From: Babesia bigemina
Lineage: Eukaryota
DNA length: 64,000 bases
Assembly: GCF_000981445.1 (NCBI RefSeq)
Contig: NC_027217.1
Location: 1,674,001 to 1,738,000, forward strand
Direction: 5' to 3'
Both the position numbers and the translations under genes were made by a program. Position 1 is the first letter of the stretch, and the number at the start of each line of letters is the position of its first letter. Positions 12,651-24,818 of this stretch are shown here, piece after piece. The notes under the pieces were generated by a model. That model saw only the letters and a list, made by a program, of their open reading frames with translations. It had not been told where the DNA came from and ran no database searches.

Positions 12651-13373
12651 ATGTACAGAGGAGCAACATGGCTGCCAGCACTATTATTTAGCACCTGCGC
12701 GGTGGCCTTCCTGCGCAGGCAAGGCGCCGCAAGGCTGCCGGTCTCAGGACACTATCGCAACACGGCGGCGAGCGCCATCCTCGACTGGCCGGCGCACGAC
12801 AAGCTCGCGCAGCGCGAGGACGGATACGACCGCACGGGCTCGTACGCAGTGGTACACATTTCGGGGGTGCCCAGGTGGCTGGAACGCGGAAGGTTCTACG
12901 ACGTCAACCGCGTGCAACAGCAGGTGGGCGCCAATGTCTACCTCCACAGGGTAGCATTCTTCCAATCGGAGGAGGGCTGGTACGTACACGGGGAGCCGTA
13001 CCTCGAAAACGTGCGGGTGCTCTGCAAGGTGCTCAAGCACTTCAGGGGACCCAAGATGCATACACTCAAGTTCAGGTCCAAGAAGCACTACAAACGCAAA
13101 ATCGGGTTCAGGCCCGAACTCACGCGCCTGCAGGTGGAGGCGTTCGAGGTCATCCCTCACGGCGAGCGCTGGGTCGACGAGGACCCGATATATGTGCCCC
13201 TGACGAGGATAGAGCAGCTGAGGAGGCCGAGTCTCGAGCTGCCCAAACTCAAGCGAAACACAATATACAGACTCACGGAGACCGAAAAACGCATGTTGGA
13301 GGGAGATCCGCTCGCGCATTTCGACCCCGTGTATAACCAAATCTTTGTCGCAAACCGGACAATGCAGTTGTAA
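12651..13373 (+). CDS. rpl21: Organellar (probably apicoplast) 50S ribosomal protein L21 (bL21)
   Basis: YAVVHISG...HGEPYLENVRV...KVLKHFRGPK...KFRSKKHYKRKIGFRPELTRL is a bL21 signature. It follows a hydrophobic signal plus an Arg-rich leader. Confidence 0.88.
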   Translation: MYRGATWLPALLFSTCAVAFLRRQGAARLPVSGHYRNTAASAILDWPAHDKLAQREDGYDRTGSYAVVHISGVPRWLERGRFYDVNRVQQQVGANVYLHRVAFFQSEEGWYVHGEPYLENVRVLCKVLKHFRGPKMHTLKFRSKKHYKRKIGFRPELTRLQVEAFEVIPHGERWVDEDPIYVPLTRIEQLRRPSLELPKLKRNTIYRLTETEKRMLEGDPLAHFDPVYNQIFVANRTMQL

Positions 13374-13784
13374 TATACGCCCAACGCCACCGGCTGAAAC
13401 GGGGCAAAAACGAATAGTTATGTATGGTATATGATTCATCATAATGTGGGATGCTGTGTGCCTCTCGGGCGCCAAAGATTTTGGTAGGGTGGTAGTGAGG
13501 GATGTGCTCCCATGGTGGATTCGTTCCCAGTTAAGCGGCTGATGGCGGCGGCCTCTTTACGAGTCCGGCACGTGGTGCCATAGCAGAGTACATTTAACGT
13601 CATCGCGGCGCATTAATGCAGCTTCCGATGGCATCCGTGCATTGGTGGCTGCTGCCGACTGCAGTAGGCTAAGCTGCGGAACCCGCTGCCGCTAACGGCG
13701 CCACTGGCGACTTCTGTGAAAACCACGATGCAACACATATGTACCTGCTAACGGTGTATAGCGTTTATATTGGCGTTTTGCAGT

Positions 13785-16765
13785 TCACTGTAGAATGCTT
13801 TCGGACACCACGCCGAACAGAGGAGGCAGGGGCTCCTTGGTGTACGAGACGATCTCGTCACCCAGCTTGGCCTCCGTGTCGCAGTTGCGGAAGACCAGGC
13901 AGTTGTTGTTGTCGCCCTTCAGCAGCTCGGTGGCGTTTTTGCGCGAGGACTGCATCGACGCGATGGCAAGCTCACGCGCAAGGACCTTGCCTTCGCGAAT
14001 CAGCATGCACAGGTTGCCCTGGCGCACCGTACCCGACAGCACGCTGGTGCCCACGGCCTGCCGTTTGCCCACGCCCTTCAGGCTGATGCTGCCCACCTGG
14101 GTCACGCTCATGCTGGCCTCCTGCTTCAACACGTACGTGGGCCCGAAATAAAAGTCGAACATGCGCTCAATGTCGTTGAACAGCTCGTACACGACGTTGT
14201 GGGTGCGCGTCAGCTCGGGCACCGGTATTCCCTTGGGCGGCGGAGTGGAGAACCCCAGGAACGCCACGTTGCCCGCCTCCACGAACTGCGAGTCGCTGCG
14301 GTTGAAAGCGCCGACGTTGCTGGAGACGACGCGAATTGGGTTCCACGACGACAATAGCGGCGTCACGTCGGTAGTGTGGGTTTCAACATAGCCGCGATCT
14401 TTCAGGTGGCTGACGTCACAGTCAGCGCGCTTGCGCTCGTTGAACTCCGCGATCCACTCCAGCACAGCGTCCAACCCGCCCTGGTCGCCGCAGCGCAGCA
14501 CGACGCAGAGCTCCGGGATCGGTTTGGCGTCTAACCTTTCGCCCTTCGTCGGCCTACGCCCACCATCGCCCACGACGGTGGGTGCGGCTGTGGTGGCTGT
14601 ACCCGCTGACGGAGCTGCGGTCAAGCGGTGGCTGGCATTTGCCGACCTGCGTTTCGCCAATGCCGCGAGCTTCTGGGCCTTGGCCTGGGACTCGCGCTGC
14701 TGCACGAACAAACCCGCGCACGGCGTGCTGTACGGCCAGCTTACCTGCACTATGTCCGACGGAAACGCCTGCTTGACAGGGCGCCCGTTCGGGTCGAACA
14801 TCCGCTTGACCTTGCCGTAGGACTCGCCGCAGACCAGCCAGTCGCCCTCGCGCAGCACGCCGCTCCTCACGATCGTCCGCAGGCAATCACCCCAAGTCGG
14901 GTGGCGTTCGGTCTCGAAGACGTACGCAGCGCCTGGCATGGACGCGTCGACCGTCAGATTCAAACGCTCACCCAAGTCAAACAGGGCCCCGGCGAGCTCG
15001 TCCACGTTCTTGCCGGATTTGGCAGAAATGTACACTACGGGCACGTCTGACAGGTCGAGCCCGCAATCCTCCAGCATACCGCGCACGTGCAAGCCCGCGT
15101 CGATGTCGATTTTGTTCACAGCGACCACGTACGGCAGATCGTTGCGCCGGATGAGCTCGATGGCCTCCCGCGTCTGCGGCATCACCCCGTCGTCGGCCGC
15201 CACGACGAGGATCACCACGTCGGCGCAGCGCACGCCACGGTCGCGCATACGCCCGAACGCAGCGTGGCCGGGGGTGTCGACGAACACCAGAGGACCGCGC
15301 TCCAGCTGGATTTTGAACGCCCCCAGCTTCTGCGTGATACGGCCGGACTCCCCAGCGGCGATATTAGACCTCTGCAGGGTGTCCAGCAAAGTGGTCTTCC
15401 CGTGGTCGACGTGGCCCATTATGGTCACCACCAGGGAGCGCTTGACCTCCATCTTGGTGGCGCGCGAGATGGTGACGCCCTCGCGCGATTCCGCGAAGTC
15501 GACTCGAAACGGGATCCCGAGCTCCTCAACGATGAAGCTGGCCTCGTCAACGCTCAGATGGGCGGGGTCGCAATCCAGCTCCTCCACGAGTGAAATGATC
15601 TGGCACACATTTTATCATAGAAGTAATGCTGGCATACCTTGTTTGCATCTACATTGAGATATGAGGCGATGGTGTCGGCGGTGAGACGTTGCACGGTAAC
15701 CTGGTTGCTAGTCACCGCTTTCCGGTTGCTGCCGGAGCGCTCTGCAGCCCGGGAGTAGTCCAGCTGGGCCAGTTGGGCACAAATTTTTGAATCTGAAGCA
15801 TCAGCACGATATGCACTGTTTGTGGTATCACGGGGGGCGCTGTGGTTGGCGTTTGTGGCTGATGACTCGGCAGCTGCAGCGGAAGCAGGTGGCTGCGACG
15901 AGGCCGCTGACGCCCTGGACTGGATGGAGCTGAGCAGGCTCTGGAGGTCATCATCCAGCGACTTGTCGGATATCAGCGTTCTGTTTGACGCTTTGTAGCT
16001 CCACGTGGCGCCGGTATCCCCCGCAGTTTCGATGCTGCCGGTTTCCAAAAACGACAGCACGCGCTGCAGCAGCTCCTCTTTGCTGCACGTGTCCCGGCCG
16101 GTCAACGCTTTGATCCGATGCAGCAGAAACGACATGTGCGCGGGACTTATCATGTAGTGCTTGCTGTTCGCAACCGGCGGTTGGATCGCATGTGGAGCGG
16201 CGGCGCCAAACGCCGAGGCGTCTGACAGCAGCAGCTCACGCACCTCCTTCACGGACGACATCAGCTGTGGATCCACACCCTCATATCTCAGCAGTTGGTA
16301 TTCCACTTCCTCGTCCACTGCGTATTGCGCGTCGGAGTGGCTGGCAGCACCGCATTTAGTTGCTGGGTCTGCGTTTTGGTGGCCGGTGCATGGAGCGTTG
16401 CTGCCATGCCGCAACGCCGCAGCCAGTGACGCGTTTGACGACGCCTTTGCCGAGTTCAAGGCGGTCAAATTAACGGTCCGGCGCGTTTTTTCCGACACGC
16501 GGGATGCAGGTTTTATCGCACTCAACGCGTTGCGTGCCGCGGCCGGGCCGACTAACGCAGCCGTTGCTTGGCCACCTTTGCCTTGGGGAAACACCACAAA
16601 CTTCTTTATGCTGCGATATAGAGCACTTTTCGAGCTTCCGGTGTGCCCTGGGGTCTCGGGGAACTCTTTGGGCTTCCTAAGATAGTCTTTCAAGTCCACA
16701 GCGCCGCTGTCCAAACGCGGAGTGCCCTGCCTGCTCAGGATACCCCGGGCTCTGCTGAGCGCCAT
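13785..16765 (-). CDS. Organellar (probably mitochondrial) translation initiation factor IF-2, 2 exons
   Basis: VVTIMGHVDHGKTTLLD, ITQKLGAF, DTPGHAAF, VAADDGVMPQT and NKID motifs. Intron about 15601-15638; Arg-rich N-terminus MALSRARG. Confidence 0.9.
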
Positions 16766-17265
16766 TGTTGCACCCCTCACCCACTATAGGCAGCGCAATG
16801 GGCAGCAGTTCGTATCTGTGGAAGCGCAAGTGAAAGATGCGCCTCCACCAGAAGCAGGGGTTACACTGCTGTGGAAGATCCTTAAGGTTGCCGCAGCGGC
16901 GTGTCCCTGGTTGAGCGTAGAATCGCGATATTGCTCACCTATGCGCGTCCTGAAGCGCTAATGACGCGCCATTTCGGCGCTGCAATATCGCAGGGGAGCA
17001 CGAAACGCCAACTTTGGGAGATGCAACGATGGACAGACCGCGCGATGACCAGACGTATCACCGGCTGCGGCCACATTGCCCGCCTTCCGGCATAAAAACA
17101 GCCGCGCAATGATGTTAGGCGCGGCTTGCAGGGTGGCAGTGCCAACTGTGGCGGTATTGCGGCAAAAGTCGCCACACATCAACGCCTTCGTAAGAAGGCG
17201 CGACGCCGGCCCGCTCAGTAGGGACTTCCACGGCCAGAATCGGCCCCTATCGCAATTCAGTCAAA

Positions 17266-19722
17266 ATGAAATCGGATTCGGCAGGTGCGTCGGCCAAGAA
17301 GAAGGCTGCCGGCGGCACCGGCGCGTTCGGATTGCTCGGCCTCAACAAGACGCTCTGCTACGCGCTAGAGCACAGACTCAGGTACAAGCAGCCGTCCGCC
17401 ATACAGCGGAAAACCATACCCGCCGTGCTCCAGGGGCGCGACATCGTATGTATAGCGCGCACTGGCTCAGGGAAGACGGTGGCGTACCTGGCGCCGATTG
17501 TACAGATGCTAGAGTCACACTCCAGGACTGTGGGACTGCGGTGCCTGGTGCTGCTGCCCAGCCGCGAGCTCGCGCTCCAGGTGGCCTCGGTCCTGAAGAA
17601 GTTCATCAACTTCTCGAAGCAGGCGGATGCTCTGCGCAGCGCCACGCTGATTGGCGGAGAGGCCCTGGAGAGCCAGTTCGGCGCGCTGACATTCAACCCC
17701 GACATCGCAGTAGCAACACCGGGACGACTATCGCAGCATATCGTGGAGAAGAGCATCGAGCTCAACCTCTTATCGCATTTCATCATAGACGAAGCGGACA
17801 AGCTGTTCGAGATGGGATTCCTGCCGGACGTGTACCGCATATTCTCGATGCTGCCGGAGAAAAGGCAGACCGTGCTGGCGAGCGCGACGCTCCCGTCCGA
17901 GATCACGGACTTCGTAAAGTTCGGCCTGAGGAACCCGGTGGTGGCACAGGTCGACAAGGACATGCAGATCAACGAGCAGCTGGAGCTAAGATTCATCTAC
18001 ACAAGGACGGAGGACAAAATAGCCGTGCTCGTCAAGCTGCTGCGCTTCAGCGAAGAGAACGAGCGGACAATCGTGTTCGTGGCCACAAAGCACCACGTGG
18101 AGTTCTTCCGCGCGCTGCTGGCGGCCACGGGCCTCACTGTCTCCGCGGTGTACGGCGCCATGGACATGACTGCACGGTCGCAGCAAATGTCGCTGTTCAG
18201 GTCGTGCAAGACCAAGGTGCTGATAGTCACGGATTTGGCGGCGCGTGGGCTGGATTTGCCCATGGTGGATTGCGTCGTGAATTTCGACTTCCCGCACTCA
18301 TCCAAGCTGTTCATACACAGGGTGGGGCGCACGGCCAGAGCTGGGCGGCAAGGCACGGCGCTGTCGCTCGTGACGCCGTACGACTTCGCCTTCTGCTTCG
18401 AGATACTCACGGTGATAGGGCGGAAGCTCCTTGTGTCCAAGGAGCCGGTTGTCGGAAACGACACATGCATCATCGGCACGGTGGGCGACATAAGCGTGAC
18501 GATGGAAAAGGTGGCATCGATCCTCCAGAGTGACGCGGAGGTAGAGAGTCTGAAGAAGTCGATGGACGCGTCGTATAACCTGTACTATAAAACACGTCCG
18601 AAGCCGTCCAAGAGTGCTGTCGACCAATCGCAGGGGCACTTGGAGGCACTCGGCGGGCTCAATGTGGTCGCGAACACCGTGCACCCGTCGTATGCTGGCG
18701 TCAAAAGTCACGGCGCGTCGGCAGGTGCGGAGTCAGGGGCGTCGACCAACGATGGTCCCGCTGAGGACGACCAGGAACAGGGGGTATCCGACCCAAAGCA
18801 AGATGCGGACGCCGCCTCCAAGAACGAGATCCTGGAGTTCCTGCATGGGTTCAGGCCGTCGTCGGCGAAGACCACCATCGTGACCACGCTGCCGGCCAGT
18901 TCCATCGCCACCATGGAACGCGCTAAGCACTACTCGAGGCAGTTCAAGAAGCTGGACTCAAGCGTACCCCTACCGGTGGACACCTCGACTGACTTCGAGG
19001 CCGTCGCGATCCCGCGAGGGCACGACGTCGCTCCGAAGCAGGACTTCCTAGTACCCTCCGCCGCCAGTACCGCCGCGCAGGACGAGCTCCGGCTCCCCAA
19101 CATAACACTCAACATCACACCAGATTCCGAGGAGCTCATGCAGAAATCGAGGTTCCAGCGCAAGCAGCACTGGGACCCGAAGAAGAAGAAGTTCGTGCAG
19201 GTCACCGTCGACTCCATCACCAAACGCGTTATCAAGGACGAGAGCGGGCAGAAGGCCCGTGGCACCGTCGAGAACAAGGACCTCCTGAAGAAGTGGATGA
19301 AGACCACACGGAAGCGCATCCAGAAGGTTGGCGAGCAGGAGGAGGCGCCGCAACGCAAAAAGACAGCCAACGTCGTCAAGTTCGACGACGACGACGAGTC
19401 AGGCGGCGACAGCGACGGCGACGGCGATGGCAAGCCGAACTACGACGAGCTTATCCGCATGTTCCCCAAGCACGCGGCGACGTTGGAGTCGGCCAAGATG
19501 AAGAGGCCGCTGACGCACAAGCAGAAGCGTACCCTCAAGAGGCTTACCACCAAGCCCGACTTCGAAAAGATGCGCCCTGAAACCAAGGGCAAAAAGTCAG
19601 CCAAGGGGAAGAAGCGGACCAGGCTCAGCCAGCAGGAGTTCCGCAAGAAGGTGGAGCGCAAGATCGCGTCAAAGGGTGCGCCGCGACGCAGCAAGCTGAT
19701 AGTTCGCAAGAAGCGGCGGTGA
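17266..19722 (+). CDS. DBP10: DEAD-box RNA helicase, DBP10/DDX54-like
   Basis: ARTGSGKT, PSRELA, DEADKLFEMGF, SAT and HRVGRTARAG motifs, plus the DBP10-type C-terminal WDPKKKKFV motif. Confidence 0.93.
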   Translation: MKSDSAGASAKKKAAGGTGAFGLLGLNKTLCYALEHRLRYKQPSAIQRKTIPAVLQGRDIVCIARTGSGKTVAYLAPIVQMLESHSRTVGLRCLVLLPSRELALQVASVLKKFINFSKQADALRSATLIGGEALESQFGALTFNPDIAVATPGRLSQHIVEKSIELNLLSHFIIDEADKLFEMGFLPDVYRIFSMLPEKRQTVLASATLPSEITDFVKFGLRNPVVAQVDKDMQINEQLELRFIYTRTEDKIAVLVKLLRFSEENERTIVFVATKHHVEFFRALLAATGLTVSAVYGAMDMTARSQQMSLFRSCKTKVLIVTDLAARGLDLPMVDCVVNFDFPHSSKLFIHRVGRTARAGRQGTALSLVTPYDFAFCFEILTVIGRKLLVSKEPVVGNDTCIIGTVGDISVTMEKVASILQSDAEVESLKKSMDASYNLYYKTRPKPSKSAVDQSQGHLEALGGLNVVANTVHPSYAGVKSHGASAGAESGASTNDGPAEDDQEQGVSDPKQDADAASKNEILEFLHGFRPSSAKTTIVTTLPASSIATMERAKHYSRQFKKLDSSVPLPVDTSTDFEAVAIPRGHDVAPKQDFLVPSAASTAAQDELRLPNITLNITPDSEELMQKSRFQRKQHWDPKKKKFVQVTVDSITKRVIKDESGQKARGTVENKDLLKKWMKTTRKRIQKVGEQEEAPQRKKTANVVKFDDDDESGGDSDGDGDGKPNYDELIRMFPKHAATLESAKMKRPLTHKQKRTLKRLTTKPDFEKMRPETKGKKSAKGKKRTRLSQQEFRKKVERKIASKGAPRRSKLIVRKKRR

Positions 19723-20078
19723 TGCGCGGCGCACGCACGACGGCCAATATGAACACCGTTCAATCTGTCCAATGCACACAATCCACGAATGTGACCGTGC
19801 GAGCACGCACATTCGATTTGTTGCGTAGTATGTGGGTGGTTAGTTGTAGGTTAACTGGCCCAGCTGGGGGTACCCATGCATATGAATGGTCGCGTTATGT
19901 GGAGAAACAGCCGCGAAGTCCCTGCATCTACCGGCAGCGTAAGCACGCAATAACGCGATCAAGACACGTATATGCCAGCGGGTGTGCTTGTGTGTTTGCG
20001 TGATTAGTAAATGTTAACAAGTGGCTGCCGAGTGGCAGCTCCCACAGCGACTGGCTGAATGTCGCGGCGCAGCCCGGA

Positions 20079-20461
20079 TTAAACGCTGTCTAACAGCTTC
20101 AGCGTGTCCTTCAGCGCCTCAGCTTTGCGGTTGAGGTCCTTCTCGCCGTGAAGCTGCTCCAGCTGCGTCTGGCAGTAGTACGCCGTCCTGACGACCGCCT
20201 CCAGGTCGCCGGCGGGCTCGGGCAACCAGCGCCGCAAAACCGCCGTGCCGCCAGCGCTAGCGTGCCCAGCGTCTTCAGCAGATGCACGCGCCTTCTGCGA
20301 GCGAGCTGCCGTGTGGGCGAAGAACAGCGCCGCCTTCAGCCTCCGCGCGAGACGGTCGGCCTTCAACAGGTACGAGTAGTCGCGCTGCGGCACATTGTCA
20401 CACAAACAACCCACGCGCCCACCTTGAACAGAGGGGAGACCCTCGGCGGCGCCGCGTCCAT
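20079..20461 (-). CDS. Hypothetical 114-aa protein, 2 exons, starting 3 nt after the DnaK-TPR stop
   Basis: ATG at 20461 gives MDAAPPRVSPLFK; a 38-nt GT-AG intron (20422-20385) then RDYSYLLKADRLARRLKAALFF...KLLDSV*, with coding-like codon bias. Confidence 0.6.
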
Positions 20462-20464
20462 AGC

Positions 20465-22970
20465 TCAGAACATACGGGAGTAGACTTTCTTCACGCGGTC
20501 CTCCTGCAGCTTGGCCTTCTTTTCCAAAACGGCGAGCAACTGACGGACCGTGAACGCGCACACCGCGACGCAACCACTCACCTGCTTCAAATCGGCGGCG
20601 TCGGGGAATTTGGAGACGCCCAGGCGCGCGTCGGCCAGGGCGTTATCGAGCTCGTTGAGCTTGTCGTAGGCGAAGGCGCGGCGGTAGATGGCCTTCGTGT
20701 TGTCGGGGCTGCGAGGTATTACACACCAGAGCGACGCATAGTGTCACGCAGAAACTTGGCGATGGCAGAGCGCCGACGGGTCCCGCCGTGCGGGCGCATC
20801 ACGCCGGCGCCGTACGTAGACAGCACAACGATTCCACGACGCACCTTAACTCCAGCGCCTGCGAGCAGCAGCTGACCGCCTTCCTGTAGCTCGCTTCCGT
20901 GCCCATCTTGATGTAGCACTGCACAAATTTGACTCCGTCACCGCGGGACCAACCATGGCCAAGTTGAGGTTGCTCGCCAGCTTCAGCGAATCAAGCTCCG
21001 CCCGCTCCTCATCGTCGGGGCCGCTCACCTTCGAGCAGTACTGCAGCGCCTTCACGTAGTGCTGCGCGGCCATCTCGATGTTGCCGCCGGAGAACAGCGC
21101 GTTCCCCTCCAACCTGTTCTTGGCGGCGCGCTTCAGGCAGGTGGCCTTCGGCAGCGTCACGTCCATGTTCACCTCGGACACCGAGGAGAAGTCCGGGGCC
21201 ATGGCGGAACGCTCGATCTCGGCGGCTTTGGCCTTCTCGGCCTCCTCCAGCGCCTGCACGTACGCAGGGCAGCGCTCGCGCACCTTGTCGCGGCACGCGT
21301 TCAGTTGCGATTCGCACGCCGACGCGCTCACGCCCTTGTCGCTGGCGGCGCTCAGCGCGAAGTCGTCCAGCGCGCTCAGGAACGGTTCCACCTCGTCCAG
21401 TTGCAGCTGCTGGCTGAAGGCGCCGCGGGCGTCGTTCCTCGTCTTGATGATGTACTGGTCGACCTCGTTCAGCACCGACCGCTTGCGGAACTCCTCGGAC
21501 TCCACCACGCTGAACACATCGTCACGCGCGAGGGCAGCTTTGGCCTCGGATTCCTCGAGGGCTACAGCGGCGCCTGCAACCTCCAGCAGCGACGGCGCGT
21601 CTGCCCTGGCCAGGCACACAGCGCCGCTCGCGGTGGCGGACGTGGAGTCCAACGACATCCTCACCACCTGCGTTGCGCCCAGAGATTTGGCCGCTTCCGT
21701 AGCCAAAAGACGCACGAACGGGACGCGAGAACCACCGCCGATGGTCTCAATGGCCAGCAGGCTGCCAGGTTCCACATGCGCCAGCACGCGGTCCATCATG
21801 CCTTGCAAAGTGCCCTGAGGCGGCGTTAAATCAGTTGTGCGTGACTATGGCGTACCTTTAAGGGGTCACACATATCCTCGAAATCAACACGCGTAAGCAC
21901 CGTTGAAAAGTCGTCGCCGTCCGCCAGCACGCGCTCGCAGTCGATCTTCACGTCAGCCACCACGCTGAGCTCCTTCAGCGCCTTGGCGCACGCCTTGTAG
22001 ACGTTGAACGCCTGTCTGGACGGCGGCTGCAGGTCGACGCCGTGTTTATCCTTGATGGAGCCGCACACGAAGTTGGCCAGCTGCTCCACCATCTGGTACG
22101 TGCCGACGGCGTCGTTCGACTCCTCCGCCACGATGCGGTATTCCAGCTCGTCGCCCTTGGTCACCTCGGCCACGAAGAACGTGCAGTGGCAGAAGCCGAC
22201 GTCCAGGAAGGCCACGTGCATCTTGGGCTGGCCGGTGGAAGACGTGAACTCGGTGAACACGTCCGGCAGGTGCGAGTCGCACCAGCGGCGCAACAGGCAC
22301 TCACTCTGCTTGTACAGGCGGATACGCCCGAAACCTGTATGCAGATTCAGCACAGCAGTGTAGGGACATCAACTCACCCCAAGCTGCCAGTGCCCTGTAT
22401 ATGGCCACGTGTTGGTCCTGGGTGAAGTACTGCGGAACGGGGACCGATAGCTGGATCTGGTCGTTGGCGCGGGGGTCCGCCACGCCGAGCTGCTTGCGCA
22501 CGGTATCCAGCAGACGGTTCACGAAAAACGCGAACACGTCGCGCGGCTGGACTGCACATTGCTGGTCGTCGAAGGTCACAGTAAAGGCAAGGTCCGTAGA
22601 GGCCTCATCCACGGGAAGCGAGAAGAGGTAACGGCGAGCGTTGATCAGGCTCAGCACCGGTTCCTCGGACAGATTGACGGTGTAAGGCAGCAGCTGCGGA
22701 TCACGTGAGGGCATACAGGAACGCGAAACTTACGCACAAGGACGAGTTGAAGAGGCTGGTGCTCCTCAGGTCGGCCTCCTCACCGTAAAGCCTGCAGCCG
22801 GTCAGCCTTCCACGCTCAAAAACGCACCTAATGCGCTTGTCGTACGCGACTATCGTCGGAGTCTCGCGATTCGACAGCCGGTTCACGTGCAGCTCGATGG
22901 AATCGTTGCCGGGCCACGACACGCACACCTTGCTGGAGAAGCCGCCCAAATCGAGGCCGACGGTCGCCAT
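20465..22970 (-). CDS. Hsp70/Hsp110-like ATPase-fold protein fused to a C-terminal TPR domain (DnaK-TPR type), multi-exon
   Basis: MATVGLDLGG, NRLSNRETPT, FLDVG and IGGGSRVPF (Hsp70 NBD), followed by EGNALF..A..HY.KAL, NLNLAMCYIKM, NTKAIYRRA and terminal KKVYSRMF* (Cyp40/FKBP-type TPR). Confidence 0.85.
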
Positions 22971-23150
22971 GCTGGATGATTTCGGCAATTTAGCTCTGGC
23001 GGGGAATGTCCTCACGGAGCGGCGAAGATTCTTGCAATGCAGGTACCCTCCCTCAGGCTGGTAGGGTGCCTTCGGCCATGCGAAGCGAGGCAACAGCACG
23101 ACCTCCCGCGCCATTCAAAGAATAAACATGCTTTTTGTAGTCAATGTACG

Positions 23151-24818
23151 ATGCCAGTCAATCAAAACGCAGCCAACAGTGACGATCCCATTTTCATTAT
23201 TGACGCCGACTGCTGCATTGTAGACACACACACCGCTCTCATCAACTGTCTCGGCGCCGTTTCTAACATCGACGGCAGCCGCATATATTCGCCGTGGAAG
23301 GACGCGGAACAGGAGGAACCACGGGTCGGTTCGAACGGCGGACCGGAGCGCCAGGAACACCTCGACGCAAATAAGGGTGTAATTGGAAACGGTGCGATCA
23401 CGCCAGCTGAGCCGGTTACGGCCGCTAAAGCGCCTCAGGAGGAAACTGTGCATAGCCTGCCCGCGGGTGGAGCGAAGCAGCTCGCATCGCGCAAGGAGCT
23501 CGCTCCCAAAGGAGTAGAGCGCGGCGTTTGCGCTAGTTGCAACAACGGTCCACACCAGTCTGATACGTGCCTAGTGGCACCAGCATCTGAGGCTGCAAAA
23601 GGCGCCAAGGTGATTAGCACTGAACATCAAGGAAGGTTAAGAGAGCTCATTCGCCGGATCCGTGACGACAGCGGTGTCCCCAACGAGGTTGTGGAGGACG
23701 CCGTTAGGACGGCCGGCTGCCTGCTCGAAGAGGCCAGGAGGGTAAAAAACGAGCGGTTCGAATCTATAGATTCGGCATTCGGAGACGCTTCCGTCGCGGT
23801 GGTGCTCAGTGACCAGCAGCACTTGCTGCACGAGTCGCTACCATACCGAAACTGTGTCCACGTCACGCCGTTCCAGCAGTTCGTGGAGGACATAGCACTC
23901 TCCAGCTACCAATCAAGGGGGGAGCTGGGTGTTTTACAGAATTTGGAAGTTGTATTGGACAGGTTGTGCAGTGAAGCTGCCAACCTGAAGGCCTCGAGCG
24001 GGAGGGTCATATTCGTATCCCATCTCCCGGGGGCGGTTGATCGTCTACTCAAACTAGTTGGTACGTGACTCTTATTTGGCAGTTCATGGCGCGCAGACGT
24101 GAAGGTTGGGCAGCGTGACGTAAAAATAGAGGTTGCCCTACGAGAAAACGTAGTGAGCCGTTGCGCAAATTGGTCTCGGGACGTGAGGTGCGTGTTGTAC
24201 CCCAAAGAGAGCGTTGCGGTACAAGCTGTGGCCGCGGAACTCAGCAAAGCGCGAAAAGAGGGCGTTGCAGTTGTCCCCAAAGCCGCACTGTCAGCACCGA
24301 AAGCAACAGGGGCGCCGGCAGGGGTCACCAGCGACAAGGTCGACCTACGCTGCGAACCAGACCTGGCTAGCATAAGGGGTCTGGGAGCAATATACGTAAA
24401 ACTAAACAAGCCTTTGTATATACAAGGCACGGTCGTTAAAGGGTTCGGCAGAGGCGCTGCATTCCTCGGCATACCCACGGCTAATCTGGACTGCGGTAAC
24501 ATACCACATCTCGTTCCGGGCGTGTATTTCGGAACTTGTTGGCTATTTGGGAATTCGGAGGTTGGGGAAGACAAACCGCTGGCTGCGATACTCTCCGTCG
24601 GGTTCAACCCCCAGTTCGACGACGCCAGTTACTCCGTGGAGCCGTACATATACCACGAGTTCAAGTTCTCGCTTCTAGGACAGCGCATCAAACTCGCCAT
24701 CGAGGGGTTCCAACGGACAGAAGCAAAATTCGAGTCAGTGGAGGGGCTAGTGGCGGCGATACAGACGGACCTCGCAGAGCATAAGATCGTGCAACGCTGC
24801 CAAGATGGGTGTCATTGA
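23151..24818 (+). CDS. Riboflavin kinase with an N-terminal degenerate HAD-like region, 2 exons
   Basis: C-terminal GTVVKGFGRG..LGIPTAN, GVYFG, SVGFNPQF, EPYI and F.S.E.LV.AI..D. N-terminal IFIIDADCCIVDT. Intron 24061-24096. Confidence 0.85.

Noticed and set aside
20465..20467. In-frame TGA as selenocysteine
   Set aside because: It falls at the natural end of a TPR domain, has no redox-motif context, and no SECIS was identified.
24721..24804. Calicivirus-type TURBS (UGGGA) reinitiation signal before the DRG ATG
   Set aside because: No TGGGA in the ~80 nt upstream.
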